Positions 27,715-34,616 of a stretch of DNA of 64,000 nucleotides are shown piece after piece. The notes beneath the pieces were generated by a model. That model ran no database searches, was not told the DNA's origin, and was given only the letters and a program-made list of their open reading frames with translations. The position numbers were made by a program, and so were the translations under genes. The stretch is from an uncultured Gammaproteobacteria bacterium (GTDB lineage Bacteria; Patescibacteriota; Microgenomatia; Daviesbacterales; UBA10151): the NCBI GenBank assembly GCA_964524895.1, contig CAZGFG010000005.1:5976-69975 (forward strand). Reading direction: 5' to 3'. Position 1 is the stretch's first letter. Every line of letters starts with the position of its first letter.

Positions 27715-27782
27715 AAATTTAAGGCATTCTTACCTGGTTTAATTTGACTTCTTGCATTAAAGTAGTAGAATTACACTCAATT

Positions 27783-28406
27783 ATGCCAGATTCTTCATCA
27801 CCTAAAACTAGAATATCTCCAGCCCAAGTCATAGGGGGAATCCCAGGCCTGATTGAAGGCGAGGATTGGGTAAAAAGCGGAGGACAGTTTATTAAAGAAT
27901 CACCGGGTGATTTTCTTGCTGCAACAGCAGATTTATTTAGTTTGGAAAAAACCACCCATGTCTCAAACCCTACACCGGAGCAATCCGTTGAAAGACCTAA
28001 AAGCTCTGGGACAATAGAGAATTTTAGTCAACCTCGGTTGGCACAAGAAACTAATCCACAGCTTGCTATTAACAAGCTGCAGGGGGAGCTGAAAGATGAA
28101 CATATGCAAACGATAACCCAGCAACCGGTGGAAGACAAAAGAATAAAAATTAATAGCCTGAACGATCTCCAAGCACTATATATGGGTAGTGTTGACAACG
28201 CTGGAAATGTTACCGCATACCATGGAGCTAATGCAGATAAAAAGCAGTTAGAACTGGAAGAGCAGCAAAGGGATGCAGATAGAGCAGAAGCATTCGCCCG
28301 GGCAACCAAAAAACAGGCTAAGGCAGATAATTCTATGAGGTTGGATGAACAGGAAGGTGCAAGTATGGTTTCTTCCGGTGGTGCTGCAGCAGGAAGAGTA
28401 GGCTAA
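27783..28406 (+). CDS. Hypothetical protein, low-complexity/Q- and A-rich, between two tRNA loci
   Basis: Track start 27744 is TTG; ATG at 27783. No domain recognised. Confidence 0.35.
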   Translation: MPDSSSPKTRISPAQVIGGIPGLIEGEDWVKSGGQFIKESPGDFLAATADLFSLEKTTHVSNPTPEQSVERPKSSGTIENFSQPRLAQETNPQLAINKLQGELKDEHMQTITQQPVEDKRIKINSLNDLQALYMGSVDNAGNVTAYHGANADKKQLELEEQQRDADRAEAFARATKKQAKADNSMRLDEQEGASMVSSGGAAAGRVG

Positions 28407-28458
28407 TCTCCTCCTTGCCTAGAATAAATCACTCCTATAACTTAAAATAATCAAGTTT

Positions 28459-28482
28459 GGGCAGTTAGCTCAGTTGGTAGAG
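28459..28482 (+). repeat. Copy of tRNA 5' half (acceptor + D-arm) forming a direct repeat with tRNA-Val(GAC) ~750 nt downstream
   Basis: GGGCAGTTAGCTCAGTTGGTAGAG versus GGGCGGTTAGCTCAGTTGGTAGAG (23/24); homology continues weakly to the anticodon loop (CTTGA) and then stops. Confidence 0.55.
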
Positions 28483-28521
28483 AGACTACTTGAATATTTC
28501 GAACCCCACTATTATACTTGG

Positions 28522-29241
28522 TCCATGAAATCTAAATGGTACGGGTTTAAACCACAAGCAATAGAGTTGCGAAGAAATGGGAACTCATTAAGAAATGTGG
28601 CAAAAGTCTTAAATATTCCTAAATCTACTCTCAGCGGATGGTTCAGAGACATTACACTAACTCCTGAACAACAACTAGTTTTGAGAAAAAACTGGCTCGA
28701 GAACCTAAGAAATGCTAGAAGAAAGGCGGTAGTTTGGCATAACCAGCAAAAAGTGGCCCGACTAAAAGAAGCTGAGCAGTTAGCAATGAAGACGTTAGAA
28801 AGTATCAATATTAGCAACTTGAATATCTTAGAGCTTGCTTTAGCTATGTTATACCTAGCCGAGGGAGCAAAATCAGCAGGAACACTCCTAGGCAACTCTG
28901 ATCCCTTAATCCTTAAATTCTTTGTGGCAGCTCTTGAAGGTGTTTATTGTATCGATGTTAGCAAAATATCAGCCGAACTCCATTTAAGAGCAGACCAAAA
29001 TCCAGAAGAGATGAAAAGATACTGGTCTCGGGAGTTAAATCTCCCTCTAGATAACTTTAAATCTGTAAGTATTGACAAAAGAACTGCTGGATCACCCACA
29101 TATCCTACCTATAAAGGGGTCTGTGTGTTGTACTGCGGTAATATTGCTCTTCAACGAAGATTAGTGTATCTTAGTAGAGGTTTCTGCGAGAAAATTGCTA
29201 ACCTAAGGGCGGTTAGCTCAGTTGGTAGAGCGTCCGCTTGA
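28522..29241 (+). CDS. HTH + LAGLIDADG-like homing endonuclease candidate (single-motif type)
   Basis: N-terminal HTH (NVAKVLNIPKSTLSGWF); ELALAMLYLAEGAKS resembles the LAGLIDADG motif variant GLYVAEGDK (as in I-DmoI motif 2), followed by ~115 aa, the length of a homodimeric LAGLIDADG core. The ORF begins inside the tRNA 5'-half copy (track TTG at 28474; first ATG 28522) and terminates at a TGA inside the anticodon loop of tRNA-Val. Confidence 0.45.
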   Translation, partial: SMKSKWYGFKPQAIELRRNGNSLRNVAKVLNIPKSTLSGWFRDITLTPEQQLVLRKNWLENLRNARRKAVVWHNQQKVARLKEAEQLAMKTLESINISNLNILELALAMLYLAEGAKSAGTLLGNSDPLILKFFVAALEGVYCIDVSKISAELHLRADQNPEEMKRYWSRELNLPLDNFKSVSIDKRTAGSPTYPTYKGVCVLYCGNIALQRRLVYLSRGFCEKIANLRAVSSVGRASA

Positions 29242-29280
29242 CGTGCGGAAGGTTCACAGGTTCGAGCCCTGTACCGCCCA
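29207..29280 (+). tRNA. tRNA-Val (anticodon GAC)
   Basis: Acceptor GGGCGGT/ACCGCCC, anticodon stem TCCGC/GCGGA with loop TTGACGT (GAC), T-arm ACAGG-TTCGAGC-CCTGT. Confidence 0.8.
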
Positions 29281-29378
29281 CTAGAGGTTCAATTCCTACA
29301 CAGTCGGAGGGTTTATTGTCCTCTCGAGTCCACACACCTCTTTACACATTCTCTACCTCTTAGGTATGATAAATACTA

Positions 29379-29627
29379 GTGGAAGAAAGCACTCCTCAAA
29401 TTGAGAAACACTTAACAGCCGGGATGAATTTAAAAAAGCGCCAGATTATTGTTGCCAACTTTTTAGGAGGAATTGCTTGGGGAGTGGGTACGGTAATTGG
29501 GGCAACAGTGGTAGTAGCCCTATTCTTCTCCCTAATTAGGGTTTTCAATTTTTTGCCTTTAGTCGGAGACTTAACAAAACAGCTGCCGGAGTCCGGCAAT
29601 ACCAGAAGTATTCAACTAAACAGATAA
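29379..29627 (+). CDS. Small membrane protein (hypothetical)
   Basis: 82 aa with one long hydrophobic segment (IIVANFLGGIAWGVGTVIGATVVVALFFSLI). Confidence 0.35.
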   Translation: MEESTPQIEKHLTAGMNLKKRQIIVANFLGGIAWGVGTVIGATVVVALFFSLIRVFNFLPLVGDLTKQLPESGNTRSIQLNR

Positions 29628-29833
29628 TCAATTGACAATCTGTCCAGCAATATCTAAACTATACTTGAAAGCATTGATGAAGACTCACCAACTTCGGAGC
29701 TTTCCGCCAGAATCTGCGTTAAGATCAAAGAGTCATCCAAAGGATGATCAGCCTTTGGCTGAAAATAAAGGGTGGAACCGCCCAATCCGGGCCCCTAAGA
29801 ATATCATTGGATATATCTTGAGGGGCTTTTAAA

Positions 29834-31078
29834 ATGGATAAAAATATGAAAGATCATAAACAAATAGGTCAAGAGTTGGAGTTATTCTTTACGGATGATA
29901 TTGCCCCTGGGGCTCCTTTTTGGCTTCCAAAGGGAATGGTCATTTTTAAAGAGCTAGAGAAATTCATCCGAGAATTAACTTTAAAGGCAGGTTACCAGGA
30001 AACCTCTACTCCGATAATGGTCAAAAGTGAACTATTTAAACAATCCGGCCACTGGGAAAAATTCGGTGAACACAATATGTACAATCTGGCACTCTATGAA
30101 GATGAGGAGATAGCCAAAGGTAAAGAGCAGGAGTTACCTCAAGCTAATTACTCTCTAAAACCTATGAACTGCCCGGAGTCAACAATTCTCTATCGATTCC
30201 GTCCCAGAAGCTATCGGGAATTACCTCTACGTTATGCCGAAATAGGACGTCTTCACCGAAGGGAAAAATCCGGAGAAGTAAACGGATTATTACGGGTGCG
30301 GCAAATCACTATGGATGATGCCCATATTTATACTAGAGAGGATCAAATTTTTGAGGAGGTTTCCAAGATTTTAGACATGATGACCGATTTTTATAAAAGG
30401 TTTGGTTTAGAGTATGAATTTAGATTTGCTACCAGACCGGAGCAACGGGCCGGAACAGATCAGATGTGGGACAAAGCAGAGGAAGAACTGGCTGAAGCTT
30501 TAAAGAAAAAAGGTATCAGAGCAGGTGATAAAAAGGGTGATGGTGCTTTTTATGGTCCAAAAATCGATATGCATATTAAAGATTCTCTAGATAGAGAATG
30601 GCAGTTGGCAACAGTTCAGTTAGATTTTCATATGCCTCAAGCCTTTGATTTAAAATACACGGATGAAAAGGGTGAGCAGCAAAGACCGGTGATGATCCAC
30701 AGGGCTATTTTTGGCTCCTTTGAAAGGTTTATCGGTATACTGACAGAACACTTCCAGGGGGCCTTTCCTGCCTGGCTTGCGCCTGTTCAGGTACAAATTG
30801 TACCCATTTCAGAAAAGCAGAAAGAATATGGACAAAAATTACTCGAACAATTAAATGATGCAGAAATAAGAGCGGAGCTAGATGATAGATCAGAAACCAT
30901 GCAGGCAAAAATCAGGAATGCCCAACTACAAAAAATTCCTTATATGCTAATTATTGGAGAAAGGGAACAGGCAGATAACACGGTTTCGGTGCGTACCAGG
31001 GACGAGCAAAATTTAGGTGCAATAGGTTTTAATGACTTTTTGAGTCAAATCAAACAGGCAATTGAATCAAAAAAGTAA
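29834..31078 (+). CDS. thrS: Threonine--tRNA ligase, catalytic + anticodon-binding domains only (N-terminal TGS/editing domains absent)
   Basis: Begins KDHKQIGQELELFF...PKGMVIFKELE, corresponding to the start of the E. coli ThrRS catalytic domain (RDHRKIGKQLDLYH...). Class II motifs present; 414 aa versus ~640 for full-length bacterial ThrRS. Confidence 0.85.
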   Translation: MDKNMKDHKQIGQELELFFTDDIAPGAPFWLPKGMVIFKELEKFIRELTLKAGYQETSTPIMVKSELFKQSGHWEKFGEHNMYNLALYEDEEIAKGKEQELPQANYSLKPMNCPESTILYRFRPRSYRELPLRYAEIGRLHRREKSGEVNGLLRVRQITMDDAHIYTREDQIFEEVSKILDMMTDFYKRFGLEYEFRFATRPEQRAGTDQMWDKAEEELAEALKKKGIRAGDKKGDGAFYGPKIDMHIKDSLDREWQLATVQLDFHMPQAFDLKYTDEKGEQQRPVMIHRAIFGSFERFIGILTEHFQGAFPAWLAPVQVQIVPISEKQKEYGQKLLEQLNDAEIRAELDDRSETMQAKIRNAQLQKIPYMLIIGEREQADNTVSVRTRDEQNLGAIGFNDFLSQIKQAIESKK

Positions 31079-31080
31079 TT

Positions 31081-31090
31081 ATGCTAGAAT
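31081..31090 (+). promoter_or_regulatory. Extended -10-like element ATGCTAGAAT upstream of infC
   Basis: TGnTAGAAT-type extended -10; the identical 10-mer recurs upstream of pheS (33480-33489). Confidence 0.35.
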
Positions 31091-31137
31091 TTAGCACTGT
31101 GTTAAAAGGATTTTTGAAAAGAGGAGGGTTAAAGTAA

Positions 31138-31683
31138 CTGGCTAAGTTCTACCGCATAAACGAACATATCCAGGCACCAAAACTTAGAGTTCTGGATCCC
31201 CAGGGAAAACAACTTGGAATTCTTTCCCGGGATGCAGCTTTAGAAAAAGCTAAGGACCAAGGAATGGACTTGATAGAGGTAGCTGCCAATGCAGACCCTC
31301 CGGTTGTTAGGATATTGGATTTTCAAAAATTCAGGTATGAGGAAAATAAAAAGGCGCAGGCTGCAAAAAAAGGGTCAAATGAAGGGGGATTAAAAGAGCT
31401 TTGGCTTTCTCCCAGGATAGCTGAACATGATTTGCAGGTTAGGTTGAGAAGGGCCGAGGAGTTTATTGGTGAGGGATATAAGGTAAAATTGACTGTAAAA
31501 TTTAAGGGTCGGGAAATGGCCCACCCGGAGTTGGGGCATGAAGTTTTAAATCAAGCTTTAACTTCTCTGGGAGATAAAGTAGCCGTGGAAAGGGAGCCTA
31601 AATTTGAGGGCAGAAAGCTGGCTATCATACTAATGCGCGGCAAAGGTAACGTAAAGTTAACAGAAAATACGCAGAAAGTTTAA
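31138..31683 (+). CDS. infC: Translation initiation factor IF-3, likely non-AUG start
   Basis: In-frame translation from 31138: LAKFYRINEHIQAPKLRVLDPQGKQLGILSRDAALEKAKDQGMDLIEVAANADPPVVRILDFQKF..., aligning with E. coli IF3 ([42 protein letters not shown]). An in-frame stop lies at 31135, so the start must be CTG (31138) or ATA/ATC just downstream; strong SD GAGGAGGG sits 9 nt upstream of 31138. The ORF track reports only the C-terminal 139 aa from the internal ATG. Confidence 0.75.
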   Translation: MAKFYRINEHIQAPKLRVLDPQGKQLGILSRDAALEKAKDQGMDLIEVAANADPPVVRILDFQKFRYEENKKAQAAKKGSNEGGLKELWLSPRIAEHDLQVRLRRAEEFIGEGYKVKLTVKFKGREMAHPELGHEVLNQALTSLGDKVAVEREPKFEGRKLAIILMRGKGNVKLTENTQKV

Positions 31684-31687
31684 AAAA

Positions 31688-31885
31688 ATGACAAAACAAA
31701 AGACAAAAAAAGCTTTTTTAAAAAGATTAAAAATTACCGCTACCGGTAAGGTTCTAAGACGCCATCAATTAGGCGCAGGACATCTTAAGCGTAAAAAAAG
31801 CAAAGGTGCTTTGGAGAGACAAAAGAAGTCGGTAGAATTATTTAAAGGAGGCTCAAAGGGCATTAAAAGCCTACTGGGACTTTAA
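31688..31885 (+). CDS. rpmI: 50S ribosomal protein L35
   Basis: MTKQKTKKAFLKRLKITATGKVLRRH...; 65 aa, basic; classic infC-rpmI-rplT order. Confidence 0.85.
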   Translation: MTKQKTKKAFLKRLKITATGKVLRRHQLGAGHLKRKKSKGALERQKKSVELFKGGSKGIKSLLGL

Positions 31886-31887
31886 CT

Positions 31888-32235
31888 ATGGCAAGAGTTA
31901 AAAGAGGTGTTGTTGCACACAGAAAACATAAAAAAGTATTAAAACTTACCAAGGGTCACAAGGGAGGCCGAAGTAAGTTAATCAGAGAAGCAAAATCTTC
32001 TCTTTTGCATGCAGGAGAATATGCCTTCGCCGGACGGAAACTGCGCAAAAGAGATATGCGCAGGCTTTGGATAGTACAACTGGGTAATGCTGTTAGGGCA
32101 GAAGGTTTAAGCTATTCTAAATTTATAGCCGGGATGAAGAAGAAAAATATCAATTTGGACCGTAAAATCTTAGCGGATCTAGCAGTTAACCACCCACAAG
32201 AATTCAAAAAAATTGTCTCCGAAGTTTCTGCCTAA
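31888..32235 (+). CDS. rplT: 50S ribosomal protein L20
   Basis: MARVKRGVVAHRKHKKVLKLTKGHKGGRSKL...RKRDMRRLWIVQ is a typical L20 sequence. Confidence 0.9.
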   Translation: MARVKRGVVAHRKHKKVLKLTKGHKGGRSKLIREAKSSLLHAGEYAFAGRKLRKRDMRRLWIVQLGNAVRAEGLSYSKFIAGMKKKNINLDRKILADLAVNHPQEFKKIVSEVSA

Positions 32236-32257
32236 TGTGTTATCCTAAAAGAGGATA

Positions 32258-33463
32258 ATGTTTTACCGGTCTATCATTCACCACCGCCAATTTAGATATT
32301 TAGGAGCATTTTATCTCCACTCTATTGCCAGGCTTTTTGCCGTCTCAATTTTCCAAATTTTTAGCGGTTTGTATATCTTTCAGGTCTTAAAGGATACCGG
32401 ATTTAACAACCAACAATCTTTAGGTGCTACAGCTTTACTATTTGCCTTAATCTTTGCTGTCCAGGCTTTAGCCACCGCTCCTTCGTTGTGGTTGATCAGC
32501 AAAAAAGGGTTACGGTTTTCCGTATTTTGGGGAAATATATTTTTGGTCGGTTTTTTTGCAATTATGTTTTTGGCAAAATATGACCCGATCTTTTTACTAT
32601 TGGCTGCCATCTTGAGCGGTCTGCAAATAGGCATGTATTGGACTGCCTTCCACATTTATTTTGCCGAGCTAACTGACGACAAAGCGCAAGGTGAGGAAAT
32701 TGCCCTTAGTACTTCTTTATCGGCCATAGCAGCCATCGGAGCCCCGGCTTTTGGGGGACTTATTATTAGTTATGGGGGGTTCGGTGCTACTTTTTTGGTT
32801 ATGACCATTGTAGTTATTTTGGCTAACTTACCCTTAAAGTATCTGCCTAAACAAAAAGATATTATCTCAATCGACATCGTAAAAACTGTTTTAGCTCTTG
32901 CCCCAAAAGAAGAAAGAAAAAGCTATCTTGCTTTACTGGGTGCAGGGGTGCTAGATCAAGTTACGGCCCTATTTTGGCCTATATTTGTATTCCCTATCCT
33001 TGCCGGATATATTGGGGTTGGGTTCATGGGGTCTTTGATAGCACTGATTGCTACGGTTACAACTATAAGTATAGGTATGCTCATAGACAAATTTGGTGCC
33101 AAGAGAATCCTCACTATTTTCTCTTCTCTGGATAGCATTGCCTGGATATTCAGGGCTTTTGTAGCCACCCCGATGCATGTATTTGTAACTTCCGGAATAG
33201 GGGCTTTAACAGGAGCAGGACAACTTATTTCTATGGATTCACTGATTTATGAAAGAGCCAGACATGTCAATTTGGTAGCATTCATTGTGCAAAGAGAAAT
33301 CGGTTTGGCCGTAGGAAAAACTCTATTTTTACTCACAACGGGTGCTCTTTTGTGGTTTGGGTTACCACTTCCTGCAGTATTTATTATGACCGCCGCTTTG
33401 GCGCTTTTAACCAGACTATACCCGGATGGTGATCCGCCAATCAAAATGCCCTCTAAAACCTAG
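32258..33463 (+). CDS. Polytopic membrane transporter (MFS-like, ~12 TM)
   Basis: 401 aa with ~12 hydrophobic helices arranged in two halves; inserted between rplT and pheS. Confidence 0.45.
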   Translation: MFYRSIIHHRQFRYLGAFYLHSIARLFAVSIFQIFSGLYIFQVLKDTGFNNQQSLGATALLFALIFAVQALATAPSLWLISKKGLRFSVFWGNIFLVGFFAIMFLAKYDPIFLLLAAILSGLQIGMYWTAFHIYFAELTDDKAQGEEIALSTSLSAIAAIGAPAFGGLIISYGGFGATFLVMTIVVILANLPLKYLPKQKDIISIDIVKTVLALAPKEERKSYLALLGAGVLDQVTALFWPIFVFPILAGYIGVGFMGSLIALIATVTTISIGMLIDKFGAKRILTIFSSLDSIAWIFRAFVATPMHVFVTSGIGALTGAGQLISMDSLIYERARHVNLVAFIVQREIGLAVGKTLFLLTTGALLWFGLPLPAVFIMTAALALLTRLYPDGDPPIKMPSKT

Positions 33464-33479
33464 TTCAAATCCGGCCAAT

Positions 33480-33489
33480 ATGCTAGAAT
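33480..33489 (+). promoter_or_regulatory. Extended -10-like element ATGCTAGAAT 6 nt upstream of the pheS ATG (leaderless-type arrangement)
   Basis: Same 10-mer as upstream of infC; TAGAAT ends 6 nt before ATG 33496 and there is no SD. Confidence 0.35.
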
Positions 33490-33495
33490 CTTCTC

Positions 33496-34548
33496 ATGCA
33501 GGATAAGCTTAACAGTATCCAAAGCAATTATTTGGAAAAAATCAACCAGGCCAAGTCTTTAAAAGAGCTCGACAATCTCTTTTTGGCTTTATTTGGCAAA
33601 AGCGGTGAGCTAGCTTTACTCCCAAAGGATTTCGCCTCGTTACAAAAAGAAGAATTGAAAAAGGTCGGACCCCTTTTTAATCAAGTTAAGCAAAAACTGG
33701 AGCAGGCTATAGAGGAGCGGCGTCAAGCGGTCAAAGAGCAAAGTTACCAAAAACTGCCTGATGAGCCGTTGGACTTACAGCCTACAGAAATAAAAAAACG
33801 CCAAGGTCATCTGCATCCGATTACTGAATTTGAGCAAGAAATAATTGAGTTATTCCAAAAATTGGGATTTTCCCAATTTGCCGCCCCTCATATTGACACC
33901 GATGAATATAATTTCGAACTTTTGAATATCCCCAAAGGCCATCCAGCCAGAGATCTCTGGGACACCCTTTATATAGAGACAAATAGCAAAAATCCAAGCT
34001 CAAGAGTCAGCCCGGGAGAACTGCTTCTAAGAACCCACACCTCTAATGCCCAGGTAAGGGCAATGAGACAACTGGGAACTCCACTTCGAGTGATGATTTT
34101 AGACCGTTGTTTTAGATATGAAAATTTGGACGCCAGGCATGAGCATACATTTGAACAATTCGAGCTTATTTACATTGACAAAGGGGTGAATATGGCCAAT
34201 TTACAATACCTTTCCGAATACTTTTTTAAAGCCATTTTGGGAAAAGATATCAAAGCCCGCTTAAGGCCAAAATATTTCCCTTTTGTTGAACCCGGAGCCG
34301 GTGTAGACGGATTGTGCATTTTCTGCAAGGGGAAGGGATGTAAAGTCTGCAGTGGGGTGGGGTGGTTAGAGTTAGCCGGGGCAGGCATGATTCACCCTCA
34401 AGTTTTGAGAAACGGGGGAATTGACCCAAATGTTTATACCGGAATTGCCTGGGGCTTTGGGCCGGAAAGAATGGCCATGTTAAGACACGGAATTGAAGAT
34501 ATCCGTTTGTTCAAAAGCGGGGATTTAAGGTTTTTGGGGGGATTCTAA
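33496..34548 (+). CDS. pheS: Phenylalanine--tRNA ligase alpha subunit
   Basis: FPFVEPGAGVDG...WLELAGAGMIHPQVL...GIAWGFGPERMAMLRHGIEDIRLF. Contains an inserted Cys4 knuckle, LCIFCKGKGCKVCSG. Confidence 0.9.
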   Translation: MQDKLNSIQSNYLEKINQAKSLKELDNLFLALFGKSGELALLPKDFASLQKEELKKVGPLFNQVKQKLEQAIEERRQAVKEQSYQKLPDEPLDLQPTEIKKRQGHLHPITEFEQEIIELFQKLGFSQFAAPHIDTDEYNFELLNIPKGHPARDLWDTLYIETNSKNPSSRVSPGELLLRTHTSNAQVRAMRQLGTPLRVMILDRCFRYENLDARHEHTFEQFELIYIDKGVNMANLQYLSEYFFKAILGKDIKARLRPKYFPFVEPGAGVDGLCIFCKGKGCKVCSGVGWLELAGAGMIHPQVLRNGGIDPNVYTGIAWGFGPERMAMLRHGIEDIRLFKSGDLRFLGGF

Positions 34549-34578
34549 CAGTATATATCCCGAGGTGTCATCGTATTT

Positions 34579-34612
34579 CCACCTCGGAGGTGGGATATAG
34601 AGGTGGGATATA
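34579..34612. repeat. REP-like hairpin variant (CCACCTCGGAGGTGGGATA) plus tandem GAGGTGGGATATA x2 in the pheS-pheT spacer; nested within hairpin CCCGAGGTG...CACCTCGG
   Basis: Same CCACCT-nnn-AGGTGG-GAT architecture as the copies at 10231, 57913 and 58661. Confidence 0.4.
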
Positions 34613-34616
34613 AGAT

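Noticed and set aside
28474-29241. Group I self-splicing intron within tRNA-Val carrying the homing-endonuclease ORF
   Set aside because: The ORF fills the entire interval between the 5'-half copy and the intact tRNA, leaving no room for a group I catalytic core (P3-P9). The downstream tRNA is complete on its own (perfect acceptor pairing GGGCGGT/ACCGCCC).
29632-29832. 66-aa ORF upstream of thrS as a remnant of the ThrRS N-terminal domains
   Set aside because: The sequence shows no similarity to TGS or N2 editing-domain motifs; it is likely a spurious ORF in the thrS upstream region.
34550-34616. T-box or pheM-type attenuator controlling pheT
   Set aside because: The spacer is only 67 nt, with no specifier/T-box consensus and no leader peptide ORF; it is better explained as a REP-like hairpin variant.
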